Source of the DNA: Trueperaceae bacterium | Lineage (GTDB): Bacteria; Deinococcota; Deinococci; Deinococcales; Trueperaceae | NCBI GenBank assembly: GCA_965215565.1 | Contig: CBDCDZ010000004.1 | Location: forward strand, 4,192,001-4,256,000 | Direction of reading: 5' to 3' | Length of the DNA: 64,000 nt | In this document: positions 40,620 through 49,879 of the stretch, one piece after another | How the letters are laid out: every line of letters starts with the position of its first letter | Position numbering within the stretch: the first letter of the stretch is position 1 | Notes under the pieces: generated by a model | Told to the model about the DNA's origin: nothing | The model's input: only the letters and a program-made list of their open reading frames with translations | The model's database searches: none | Program-made: the position numbers and the translations under genes

Positions 40620-41738
40620 CTAAAGAGGTTGGCTCGCGCTGCCCTCGAGCGGCACCGCTGCGCCTCGGCTCGTCAGGTGGGTGACGTCGCCGACTTGCGC
40701 CGCACATTCGGGGCCGGTCTGCACGATGAACGTCTGCCCGGTCTCGTCGGGCTCGGCGATGACGCGGCAGGTATAGGTGAGATCGTGACCCTTGAAGTCG
40801 CGGCTCACGATGCTCACGGGTATGCCCTGTTCGCTGAAGGTCAGGTCTTCGGGGCGCAAGGACAGGAGCACGCGCCCGGTGGCGGGTTGCGCCATCGGCA
40901 GCGTCCCTAAGAGGGTGTCCGCGACGCCTTCGCGCCCGGTAGCGCGCATCAGGTTAGTCGTGCCCAAAAAGTTAGCGACGAAGGCGGTGCGCGGGCGCAA
41001 GTAGACGTTTTCGGGTACGCCTAGCTGCTCTAAGTGCCCCGCCCTCATCACCGCGAGCCTGTCCGCGAAGGTCATCGCCTCTTCTTGATCGTGCGTAACG
41101 AGAATCGTCGTCGTCCCGGACGCCTCTAAGATGCGCCGCACCTCTTTGCGCGTCGAGCCGCGCAGCGCGGCGTCTAGGTTGCTGAAGGGCTCGTCCAACA
41201 AGATGATGTCGGGTGCGGGGGCGAGCGCCCGCGCTAACGCCACGCGCTGCTGCTGCCCGCCCGAGAGCTGGTGCGGATAGCGGCGGCTAAAGATGGTGAG
41301 ACCGACTAGGTCTAAAACCTCTTTCGCCCGCTCGAGGCGCGCCTTTCTAGGCAGACCTGTCAGACCGAACGCGACGTTTCGCAGTACGTCAAGGTGCGGA
41401 AAGAGCGCGTAGTCCTGAAAGACAAAGCCGATCTTGCGCCGCTCGGGTTGGAGCCATACGTCTGGTCCAGCTACCTCTACGCCCGCGACGCCGATGCGCC
41501 CCGCGTCCGGCACTTCGAAGCCCGCGATGAGGCGCAAAAGCGTCGTTTTACCGCAACCCGACGGTCCTAAAAGCGCCAAAATTTCGCCCTTTTCGACGCT
41601 CAGGTTGAAGTCGGCGACCGCCGGGTGCTTGGGGTCTTGATAGCTTTTGGTGAGGGCGTGGAGCGTCAGCGCGGCTTGCTCTTTGGGCGTTTCTGTCGGT
41701 AGCGGCGTATGAGAAGCGGTGGGCGCGACGTCTTTCAC
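40620..41738 (-). CDS. ABC transporter ATPase, FbpC/PotA-like with TOBE domain
   Basis: GPSGCGKT, FQDYALFPH, LSGGQQQR, DEPFSNLD. Confidence 0.9.
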   Translation of the reverse strand: MKDVAPTASHTPLPTETPKEQAALTLHALTKSYQDPKHPAVADFNLSVEKGEILALLGPSGCGKTTLLRLIAGFEVPDAGRIGVAGVEVAGPDVWLQPERRKIGFVFQDYALFPHLDVLRNVAFGLTGLPRKARLERAKEVLDLVGLTIFSRRYPHQLSGGQQQRVALARALAPAPDIILLDEPFSNLDAALRGSTRKEVRRILEASGTTTILVTHDQEEAMTFADRLAVMRAGHLEQLGVPENVYLRPRTAFVANFLGTTNLMRATGREGVADTLLGTLPMAQPATGRVLLSLRPEDLTFSEQGIPVSIVSRDFKGHDLTYTCRVIAEPDETGQTFIVQTGPECAAQVGDVTHLTSRGAAVPLEGSASQPL

Positions 41739-41755
41739 AAGCGCACTATAACAGA

Positions 41756-41780
41756 AATCCTGAGTGTTTAGGTAGGGTAT
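41756..41780. promoter_or_regulatory. Rrf2/IscR type-1-like operator upstream of the ABC ATPase
   Basis: AATCCTGAGTGTTTAGGTAGGGTAT, just upstream of the TATAGT -10 box. Confidence 0.4.
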
Positions 41781-42000
41781 GGGCTCGAGCTTAGCAGGCA
41801 GACCCTACACCGAAATGGGCACAGTTCGCTTAGGAGACTTTCTCTGACTCGACCTTTTATGCAGCGTGTTCGCCTAGCCGCATCGGTAGTGGGTTCAGGG
41901 CGAACACCGATGGGTACGTCTTGCGCCGCTTCCGCGCGATGAATAAGGGGTTCCTTTAACCTCTACATCATTCCAAATAGCGCCACTACCGCCTCTAAAA

Positions 42001-42870
42001 CTACGCGGCTTTTCGAATGGTTGTCTCTGAAGCGGGGCGAACCTTGTTCTCTAGCAGTTGGAGCGAGGGGTCCGCGATCCACCCCTCGAGCCTGTCCACC
42101 CCTTCCGGCACGCCGTAGTTCTCCTGGCGCGCTGCCCACGCCGCCTGCACCGCGCAGAGCACCGCGTCGAGCGCGTCGCCCGTCGCGTCGTCCAAGAGGT
42201 ACGCGGCGAGCACGTCGCCTAGTTCCAAGCGGAGCCCGTATAAACCCCCGCGCATCTTCTCGACGACCTCTTGCCGCGCGCCTCTCATCCCTTCGGTCTG
42301 CTTCCGCTTAGTGTCGCTTTTATACCTCTGCTTGCCGATGAGCTGCCGCGTCACGAGTGCTGGGTAAACTTCTAGAACGGTCTGGTCACTCGGTGTTTCA
42401 CGGAGCGCCGGGATGTTGAGGTGCGTCCGCTGCAACCTCGGCGCGAGTTCGAAAAACATCTTGCCTACGGGCACGTAGTGAAGCGCCATCGGGCTCACCG
42501 CGCCCGCCAACTCGTCCGCGTAGCGGCGGTGGAGTTTATCGCCCTTGGGTTGCGCACTTGTGTAGCGTTTCAAGGTGCCCTCGAAGCCTCCCTTACCGAG
42601 CGCGGCTATCTCTTCGACGTACCCCGTCCACGTCGGGGACCAAGCGAGCGCGTCCACTAAACGGCGCGGCTGCGCGAAGGGCGCGTCGATGCCCATGACC
42701 CAGGGACCGGGACGCGCTAAGAGCGCCTCGAAGGTGCCGAAATCCACGAGCGGCTCGAGCCGCTCGGTACGGAGCACGTCGCCGCTGAGCTTCGCGTGAA
42801 CACACGTGATAGGCTTCGCGCGGCGCGGCGCGCTCGTAAAGTCGAGCCCGCAGATAGAGAGGTCATTCAC
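42001..42870 (-). CDS. DUF429 domain protein (RNase H-like fold)
   Basis: GLDFTSAP, GIDAPF, EVYPA, DALDAVLCA, EGWI. Confidence 0.85.
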   Translation of the reverse strand: MNDLSICGLDFTSAPRRAKPITCVHAKLSGDVLRTERLEPLVDFGTFEALLARPGPWVMGIDAPFAQPRRLVDALAWSPTWTGYVEEIAALGKGGFEGTLKRYTSAQPKGDKLHRRYADELAGAVSPMALHYVPVGKMFFELAPRLQRTHLNIPALRETPSDQTVLEVYPALVTRQLIGKQRYKSDTKRKQTEGMRGARQEVVEKMRGGLYGLRLELGDVLAAYLLDDATGDALDAVLCAVQAAWAARQENYGVPEGVDRLEGWIADPSLQLLENKVRPASETTIRKAA

Positions 42871-43083
42871 CCTCTTAATGTACTTGAGAAAAGCCGCACG
42901 GCGCGTTGAAAACCCGTCATCCGTCGGCGCGCTCGTCCGTGCGTCAAGCGTAAATTTATGTATCAGTCTTTGCGTCCGTTTAGGTCTAAATTTTTAATCA
43001 TGACCCCATGTTATGAAAAGACCGGGGTAAAAAGGTTGGGGTGGAGAGATTGTGGGAGGCTCGGGTCAACGCTAGGAGTTGAG

Positions 43084-43269
43084 ATGGATGTAGGCGCGTT
43101 CGCAACGGTTGCGCTCGGTGTGTTGCTTTTCGGGTTGGTCTCGAGGCGCTTGCAGCGGGGCGTCGTCACGCCGCCGATGGCGTTCACGTGCCTCGGTTTG
43201 CTGCTTGGAGCGACGGGGCTGGTCGTGCTCGAGGAAGAGGTTGTACGGGACTCAGCGTCGCCCCACTGA
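43084..43269 (+). pseudogene. N-terminal fragment of a cation:proton antiporter (NhaP-like)
   Basis: AGGAG RBS; LLFGLVSRRLQRGVVTPPMAFTCLGLLLG, then an abrupt end at the convergent gene. Confidence 0.6.
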
Positions 43270-43276
43270 CGTTTGC

Positions 43277-43840
43277 TCAGTCCGCCGCCACCGCCTGGTG
43301 GTCCACCACTTCACCCCGCGCGGGGTAATCCTTTTCCATCACGAAGTCGAGCGCTCCAAGCACCTGCGCGAAGTCGGGTCTGGCGAAGGGCATGGTCTGC
43401 ACTGCGCCGAAGTAAAGCGTTCCGTCAGGGCGAACTAGGTAGAGCGCGGGCTCGCTGAACATGTCGGGCTCGACGACGCCCGTAGAGGTTTTGCCGCGAC
43501 TCGTGGAGATATAGAGACCCCACTCGCGCGCTTTATCCAAATCTAAGTCATATGCCACGGTGAGGTTGTCGAGCTTCCACTGCGCTCTACTCTTCTCGGC
43601 GCGCTCTTGCACGTCGCTGCTCGCCACGATGACGTTCACGCCGCGCTTAGCGAACTCGTCCGCTTTGCTGTTCAGGTCGCGTAGGTATTTCCCGCAGATG
43701 GGGCAGTGTAGCCCCCTATAGAACACGATCATCGTGAAGTTCTCGCCCGCTTGTTCGCTCAGCGTCCAGGTGTCGCCGCTGACGGTGGGCAGGCTAAGGC
43801 TCGGGGTCTGTTGCCTCGGGTAGAGGGGTGTGAGGTCCAT
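43277..43840 (-). CDS. Peroxiredoxin-like AhpC/TSA family protein
   Basis: FYRGLHCPIC, FSEP, MPFARP, YPARG. Confidence 0.9.
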   Translation of the reverse strand: MDLTPLYPRQQTPSLSLPTVSGDTWTLSEQAGENFTMIVFYRGLHCPICGKYLRDLNSKADEFAKRGVNVIVASSDVQERAEKSRAQWKLDNLTVAYDLDLDKAREWGLYISTSRGKTSTGVVEPDMFSEPALYLVRPDGTLYFGAVQTMPFARPDFAQVLGALDFVMEKDYPARGEVVDHQAVAAD

Positions 43841-44122
43841 GTCTTTCTCCTTTAGCTGAGGACTTGGGTTTGTCTTACCTTTACGGCTCCAAACTAGCGC
43901 GGAAGGACGTTGGAGGGATGTATCATGTAAAACGAAGCGGCGCTTCGACGTCTATGCGCTAGAGATGCTCGGGCTCGAGCGGAAGAACCGCGTCGCCGAC
44001 AACCTCTTGCTCTCGTCATTCGGTTTTTTCCTGATTTGCTGAAACGCTGACAACCTGACCTGCTGAGCTTTCCATGTCCTTTTGAGCACCACTTCTTCAT
44101 CTCTATTTCTTATGATAGAGGC

Positions 44123-44557
44123 GTGATTAAGAATAGGCGTGCATCATTCGACTACGAACTCCTCGGCTCCTACGAGGCGGGCTTGGCGCTGACGGGCAGT
44201 GAGGTGAAGTCCCTCAGGGCGGGCGGCGCAACCTTGGGCGAGGCGTTCGCCCGCTATAAAAATGGCGAGGTGTGGCTCGAGGGGATGCACATCCCCCCCT
44301 ATAAACAAGCGAGCTATAACAACCACGAGCCCTTGCGCAGCCGCAAGCTCCTCCTTAAAAAACGCGAAATCGCCGAGATTCAAAAGGGCTTGGAGCGCCA
44401 AGGTCTGACGCTCGTCCCGACGCGGCTCTACTTCAAGGACGGCTGGGCAAAGCTGGGTATCGCGCTTGCAAGGGGCAAGAAGCGCTACGACAAACGGCAA
44501 GACCAGGCGAAAAAGGACGCTAAGCGGCAGATCGAGCGGGCGCTCAAAGAGAGGTGA
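44123..44557 (+). CDS. smpB: SsrA-binding protein
   Basis: NRRASFDY, GSEVKSLR, RKLLL, ARGKKRYDKR. Confidence 0.97.
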   Translation: MIKNRRASFDYELLGSYEAGLALTGSEVKSLRAGGATLGEAFARYKNGEVWLEGMHIPPYKQASYNNHEPLRSRKLLLKKREIAEIQKGLERQGLTLVPTRLYFKDGWAKLGIALARGKKRYDKRQDQAKKDAKRQIERALKER

Positions 44558-45828
44558 CTAGGTGCGTCATTTTCGCACTGCTCGCGCTCAACCTCTTGAC
44601 GGCGAGCGCGGCGCAGCGGCTCGTCGTGAATGGGGTAGACATCGCGGCGTTCACGAACACGCTCGAGCCCGGCACCGCCTACGTCGCCGCCGAGCCCTTC
44701 GCGCGCGCAGTGGGGGCAACCTACCGCTACAGCGGCGAAAGGGTCAACTTCGAGCTGGCGGGACGTTTCGTCACCCTACCGATAAGCGACGGGGCGGGTG
44801 ACGCGCAGCTTCAGGAGGGGACGCCCTTTGTCCCCGTTAAAGAGACTGCGCAGCGGCTCGGCGGCGAGGTGGACTACCTCACGGCGGAGAAGCTGGTGGT
44901 AGTGGTGTTCCCAAGGGCGCAGCTGAGGAGCGTGCGAGCGCCCGACCTCTGGGGCAGCTACGAGCGCTTCGTGTTGCGTTTCAGCGCGCCTGTGGCAATA
45001 GAGGAGCGCTACGAGCCGTCTCTCAGCACGGTGCGCTTCCGCTTCGAGCGCACCGACGTGGCGCAGAAGCAGAACTTCGGCGGCGAGCGCTTCTCCGACG
45101 CGGCGCTCCTGCCGGGTGACGGCTACACGGACTTCACGCTGACGCTCACTCGCGGCAGCACCTACGAGATGTACACCGTGCCCAAGGGCGCGGGGACGGA
45201 AATAGTCGTGGATATCTTTTCGGAGGAAGAGGTTGAGGCGGAGGAAGCGGAAGACGAGCCGCCGCTCGTCATGCTGGACTCGAGCCCGAGCGACGTGGCT
45301 GTCGCCGCCGCCGAGAGGCTGCGCAGCGCCCTCCGGGAGCGCGGCTTAGACGCGCAGTTCACCCGCGCCGGGGGTGTGTCCGCCTCGCTCGACGCCCGCA
45401 CGAGGGCGGGCGTCGGCGCACCTCTTTTCGTCTCCGTCGGAGACGCGCCCTTAGAGGCAAGTCAGTTCAACCTTTACTACTTGGCGGGCGATGTGACAGC
45501 CGGCGGCGCAGGGCTGGACGCGGTCATCCGCCAGAGCGCCGCCGAGGTGAGCCGGGCGAACCCGCGCGAGCCCACCGCGCCGCAGCGTACGCTACAACGT
45601 TTAGCGCCCGACTTATCGCAAGGCGAACGGTACGCGGACGCGCTCAGCGAGCGCTTAGAGGCGCAGGGCTGGCGCGCAGCGCAGATTGGGGGCGCGCCGC
45701 TCTACTTGCTCTCAGGCGCGGCGGGGCGCGGGCTCATGCTCGAGCTTAGCGCTGCTGACCTCGCCTCGGACGCGCTGACGGATACGCTCGCCGACGCGCT
45801 CGAGACGCTGCTCGCAGCAAGTCCATGA
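44554..45828 (+). CDS. Secreted protein with stalk/AMIN-like domains and a degenerate Amidase_3-like domain
   Basis: LVMLDSSP, ERGLDAQFTR, LFVSVG, LMLELS occupy amidase motif positions without the His ligands. Confidence 0.6.
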   Translation: MTRCVIFALLALNLLTASAAQRLVVNGVDIAAFTNTLEPGTAYVAAEPFARAVGATYRYSGERVNFELAGRFVTLPISDGAGDAQLQEGTPFVPVKETAQRLGGEVDYLTAEKLVVVVFPRAQLRSVRAPDLWGSYERFVLRFSAPVAIEERYEPSLSTVRFRFERTDVAQKQNFGGERFSDAALLPGDGYTDFTLTLTRGSTYEMYTVPKGAGTEIVVDIFSEEEVEAEEAEDEPPLVMLDSSPSDVAVAAAERLRSALRERGLDAQFTRAGGVSASLDARTRAGVGAPLFVSVGDAPLEASQFNLYYLAGDVTAGGAGLDAVIRQSAAEVSRANPREPTAPQRTLQRLAPDLSQGERYADALSERLEAQGWRAAQIGGAPLYLLSGAAGRGLMLELSAADLASDALTDTLADALETLLAASP

Positions 45829-45903
45829 GTTATTGCGCCACATCTGAGGGCGTCCATTTCTATTCGCGTCCGTTTCCATTTGAGGCTGCGCCAACAGCCT
45901 CGG

Positions 45904-46437
45904 ATGAAAACGCTATCGGGTAACGTGTTTGCCGACGCCTTTACAACGCGCGCCACGCTGCCGACGCTCCTGGGCATCCTCGTCCTAATTTTAGGGCTCT
46001 ACGCCTTCTTCAGCGGACCTGCCGGTGATTCCGATTCGTCTCCTGACATTGTGACGACACCCGTCACGCAAGTCGGGCGCGTAGTGACGCTTGTGAACGC
46101 GGCGACAGGGGAGACGCGCACCGTGAGCGTACAGACACCGGACACGCCGAACGTTGTTCTAAAAGCTACCCTCGCTGAACTGCGCGCCTGGCTCAGCCCC
46201 GCCCTCTGGGTGGAACCGCTCGGTGCACCCACCGTGTTTCGCTTAGGGGAGCGAGCAGTCCTAGATTTTCCCCTGGAAGGCTCGCCTAACATCTCCGTGG
46301 GGAGAGAGCAGCAGCTTCTGACCTCCATTGAGCAGACCCTAGCGGAGCAGGACATCTCAGAAATGATCATTCTCACGAACGGGGAGAGCCGCCCGGTGTT
46401 TTTAGAGCACTTGGCGGTAGAGAGTAGACTCGAGTGA
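45904..46437 (+). CDS. GerMN-like membrane-anchored protein
   Basis: TM helix; AVLDF...GREQQLLTSIEQTL...ILTNGE...HL. Confidence 0.65.
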   Translation: MKTLSGNVFADAFTTRATLPTLLGILVLILGLYAFFSGPAGDSDSSPDIVTTPVTQVGRVVTLVNAATGETRTVSVQTPDTPNVVLKATLAELRAWLSPALWVEPLGAPTVFRLGERAVLDFPLEGSPNISVGREQQLLTSIEQTLAEQDISEMIILTNGESRPVFLEHLAVESRLE

Positions 46438-46438
46438 G

Positions 46439-46834
46439 CTAGCCTCCTCGTGCTATCAAAAACTGAATGGCTGCGAGCATCACGCCCACTGCTCCGATTG
46501 CACCCAAGATGACCGTCTGTGAGTGGCTGATTTTGCTCTTTAGGTCATTTCTGAATGTTTCGATCTTGTCATCGAGCTTGCCCATATCAGCACTGACATC
46601 GCTTTTAAGTTCACTCATATCGCCGCGCAGGTTCGTCTCGAGCGCCTCAATTTTGCGGTTCTGCTCGCTAAGGAGGTGCTGCGTCGAGGAGGCTATGGTT
46701 TGAATCGCCGCCGTATTCGCCTCAATAAACTTTTTTAAGTTTTCAAAGCGTTCACCGCGCTCGAGGACCTGTACGCTGCGTTTAAGGTCGTCCACCTCAT
46801 TCCTGAGCGCTTGATAGTCGGGATAGTCTGACAT
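46439..46834 (-). CDS. Coiled-coil protein with C-terminal TM helix (DUF1640/Bdr-like)
   Basis: Heptad repeats LRGDMSELKSD; AAGGAG RBS before ATG at 46834. Confidence 0.7.
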   Translation of the reverse strand: MSDYPDYQALRNEVDDLKRSVQVLERGERFENLKKFIEANTAAIQTIASSTQHLLSEQNRKIEALETNLRGDMSELKSDVSADMGKLDDKIETFRNDLKSKISHSQTVILGAIGAVGVMLAAIQFLIARGG

Positions 46835-46856
46835 CGTTTCTCCTTGAACGATTATA

Positions 46857-46963
46857 GCAAGTATCATTTGGTTTGAGCCAGTCTCACGTTAGAGAACACC
46901 GATGAACACGCACATTCTTAAATGATGCTTGCGCTATTCCAATTCAGTACTTCTGTGAACTGC
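46857..46963 (+). repeat. Family A minimal full element (76-bp IR core + tail)
   Basis: GCAAGTATCATTT...AAATGATGCTTGC plus a tail ending GAACTGC. Confidence 0.8.
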
Positions 46964-47079
46964 TTTATAGCGCGTCGAAGCGTGGACGCTGCCGAGGTGT
47001 CCGCACGACAAAACGCAGTTGCCGATGAGATTCCGCTAGCAGAGCGCGTTGTAGCAGCGCATTTGCGAGGTTGGGTCAC

Positions 47080-47287
47080 GTAGGCATCATCTTTGTAACG
47101 TGCGAGTCAAGGGATGTTCTCTAAAATGAGTGCGTTTTCATATAGATGAAATCCTGCTAGCCTCACGGCTGAGACCTACTGATGGTCTTGCCTTTGGTGA
47201 GGTTGTGTCACGCAGGTATCATCTATAAATGTGCGAGTTAGGGAATGTTTTCCAAAGTGAGCGCGTCCGTGACCAGATGCTACCTGC
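47080..47287 (-). repeat. Two tandem family A cores (47080-47157, 47212-47287)
   Basis: GTAGGCATCATCT..AGATGAAATCCTGC and GCAGGTATCATCT..AGATGCTACCTGC, each preceded by GAGGTTGKGTCAC. Confidence 0.75.
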
Positions 47288-48585
47288 TATGGATACATCC
47301 TCGTCAACATCCTCGGAAAAGGAATCACCTCTCGTAAATGGCTCACGCCCGTAATCCACGCTAAGGTCCGCTCCAAGCCCATCCCGAAGCCCGAATGCGG
47401 CACGCTGCCGTACTTACGCAAGTCCAAGTACCACGCGAACGCCTCCAAAGGAAGCCCGTGCTCCTCGATGCGCCCTTTCAAGAGGTCGTAGTCGTGGATG
47501 CGCTCGGAGCCGCCGATGAGTTCGCCGTAGCCCTCGGGCGCGATGAGGTCGTCGCACTTGACGCGGGTCGGGTCGCCGTCTAAGGGTTCCATGTAGAAGG
47601 CTTTCGTTTTAGTCGGCCAAGAATGCACGAAGACGGGGCGGTCAAAAGCGTCGCCTAAGATGGTCTCGTGCGGCGCGCCGAAGTCTTCGCCCCAAGCGAG
47701 TGTCTCGCCTTTGTCCTCGAGAATCTCCAAAGCTTCATCGTACGTCACCCTCGGAAAGCCGCCCTTCGCCGTCGCCTCTAAAACCGTCGTGTCGCGCTCC
47801 AACATCTCAAGCTCCGCCCTGCGGTTCTCCAGCACGCGCCCCACCAGATATGAAACGAAGTCCTCTTGCAGCGCTATGTTACCTTCGTGCTCCAAGTGCG
47901 CGACTTCGGGCTCCACCATCCAAAACTCCAAGAGGTGTTTTCTCGTCTTGGACTTCTCGGCGCGAAAGGTAGGACCAAAGGTGTAGACCTTGCCGAGTGC
48001 CAACGCGCCCGCTTCCGCGTAAAGCTGCCCCGACTGAGAGAGGTACGCCGTGTTCTCGCCGAAGAGGTCGATTTCGAAGAGGTTGGTGGTGCCTTCGACG
48101 GCGGTGGGCATGAAAAAGGGGGTGTCGAAGCGGATGAAGTCTCGCTCGTGAAAGAAGTCGTGGACGGCCCGCTCGAGTTCGTCCCTCACCCTCAAGATTG
48201 CCCAAGGTCGTTTGTGCCGCAAGTAGAGGTGGCGGCGGTCCATCAGGAATTCGACGCCGTGCTCTTTAGGCGTAATCGGGTACTCGTCGTCATTTTGGGC
48301 GGTGATTTGCAAATCCGTCACACCGAGTTCGACGCCTAAAGGGGAGCGCGTATCCTCGCGCACTTCGCCCGTGACCTCTACGCTCTGCTCCTGTACAAGA
48401 TCTTTTGACAGTGCAAAGACCTCTTCGGATACGTCCGCCTTGACGACGACGCCCTGCACGAAGCCCGAGCCGTCGCGAAGTTGCAAAAAAGCGATTTTGC
48501 CGCTGCTGCGCGAGTTGGTGAGCCAGCCTCTAACAGTGACGCTCTCGCCGATGTGATTTTTGAGTTGATTGATGGAGACGTTCAT
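47287..48585 (-). CDS. asnS: Asparagine--tRNA ligase
   Basis: [54 protein letters not shown]. Confidence 0.96.
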   Translation of the reverse strand: MNVSINQLKNHIGESVTVRGWLTNSRSSGKIAFLQLRDGSGFVQGVVVKADVSEEVFALSKDLVQEQSVEVTGEVREDTRSPLGVELGVTDLQITAQNDDEYPITPKEHGVEFLMDRRHLYLRHKRPWAILRVRDELERAVHDFFHERDFIRFDTPFFMPTAVEGTTNLFEIDLFGENTAYLSQSGQLYAEAGALALGKVYTFGPTFRAEKSKTRKHLLEFWMVEPEVAHLEHEGNIALQEDFVSYLVGRVLENRRAELEMLERDTTVLEATAKGGFPRVTYDEALEILEDKGETLAWGEDFGAPHETILGDAFDRPVFVHSWPTKTKAFYMEPLDGDPTRVKCDDLIAPEGYGELIGGSERIHDYDLLKGRIEEHGLPLEAFAWYLDLRKYGSVPHSGFGMGLERTLAWITGVSHLREVIPFPRMLTRMYP

Positions 48586-48627
48586 AGAGGAAAGTGTAAC
48601 AAGTGGAGACGCGGATTTGGTATTTCG

Positions 48628-49203
48628 CTAGAGTTCCCAAGTGGAGCTGTAAGTTCGGTCCGCTAGAAGTGCGCAAAGCTCGACTAGAACGGACATGCTT
48701 TTATCAATACGTTGTTTTTTCTCCTCGAGCAATGTGCCGTCCTGCCAGTGACGGTTATGCGCGTAGATGTGGTAAGGATTGATAATGCACTTGAAGTCGA
48801 GTATGAGCGACGTCGCCATCTCCCTGAACGCAGTGTAGCTGTGAGGCAAGCCGCCCGCACTGACAAACGTAATGACCTTGTCGAAGAGCGCACCTTCGAA
48901 TGATCCACCAGGAGGGGTAGAGCCGATGTACTCAACGTACTTTTTAAGCTCGGCGCTCATCCCCCAATTGTAGACCGGACTGCATAAGACGATACCGTCG
49001 CTTTCGCTCGTCGCGCGGTGAAGCTGACGGTAAACTTCGGTCTTATAAATTGTGCTGTTGTCGAAGTTGGGTATATCGAGGTGCGATAAATCCACAAACA
49101 CGGTCTTTATACCTCTCTCTTCGAGTACCTTCTGACACGCTCTTCCGAGTTCGCGACTGCGGCTTTCCTCGTCTAAACTGCTGCTCAGGACTAAAATTTG
49201 CAT
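48628..49203 (-). CDS. NADPH-dependent FMN reductase (lower GC)
   Basis: SSSLDEESRS, SPVYNWGMSAELK. Confidence 0.85.
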   Translation of the reverse strand: MQILVLSSSLDEESRSRELGRACQKVLEERGIKTVFVDLSHLDIPNFDNSTIYKTEVYRQLHRATSESDGIVLCSPVYNWGMSAELKKYVEYIGSTPPGGSFEGALFDKVITFVSAGGLPHSYTAFREMATSLILDFKCIINPYHIYAHNRHWQDGTLLEEKKQRIDKSMSVLVELCALLADRTYSSTWEL

Positions 49204-49226
49204 AGGCTAAATAAGCTCCAGTATCG

Positions 49227-49286
49227 CTAAACTTCATCAGCGAAAGCAGCGAGGTCATCTTCTGTAGCGAACCGAACATTAACCAT
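49227..49286 (-). pseudogene. Possible N-terminal remnant of a GNAT acetyltransferase
   Basis: MVNVRFATEDDLAAFADEV* resembles the GNAT 'IRxATxxDL' start. Confidence 0.35.
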
Positions 49287-49322
49287 AAACGACTCTATTT
49301 TAAGCCGATTACTATAGGTTTA

Positions 49323-49429
49323 GCACTTCCAGAACTTACTGAGACAGATTGCCGCAGATATCATCTCTGAAAGTGGGTGCTCATCAATGCTTTCTACAGT
49401 GAGAGTGTCTCAAACCAGATGATACCTGC
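49323..49429 (-). repeat. Family A element (core 49354-49429)
   Basis: TA|GCACTTCC...GCAGATATCATCT...AGATGATACCTGC|TA. Confidence 0.8.
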
Positions 49430-49743
49430 TAGTTTACGTGCCGTACCCCGAGCCTGCTAAACTTTCGGTAAAACATGGGGTCTTGCTCGCGCGAGGCTTC
49501 ACGCAACGCTTCAAAGCTAGCTTTTTCCTCCTCGAGATAAGCGTCAACCTCTTCTTAATGCGCTAAGTAGCGCGCGGTTGCGTCGTAGACCTCTTCAAGT
49601 ATCGGAACCGGAAAGGATTGCGCGACGCTTTCTGCGCTCTACCTTTGCTAGTAGACGTAGACGGTGGAGTTGAGCGAGACTCGAGTACCGACGAGTCGGT
49701 AGGTGCTGCTCACCTTTTCCGCATGAATACTGTTCTCTTGTAA
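49429..49743 (-). pseudogene. DUF433-family antitoxin pseudogene
   Basis: One frame reads YRLVGTRVSLNSTVYVY*QR*SAESVAQSFPVPILEEVYDATARYLAH*EEVDAYLEEEKASFEALREASREQDPMFYRK; three internal stops. Confidence 0.75.
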
Positions 49744-49879
49744 AGAATACCTCAACTGCGCCGCCCTTACGCTGAAAGTTGCCGTTCAACTCGTACTTAG
49801 CGCCTGCCGGGAATCCAGGAACTTAACCGAGTAATGTCTCGCAACCCCACCTCACCGTTCTCTTTGCTACAATAGCAGC

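Noticed and set aside
41790..41915. GTGTTCGCC/GGCGAACAC stem as a riboswitch for the ABC ATPase
   Set aside because: Lies upstream of the leaderless promoter and looks like degenerate REP fragments
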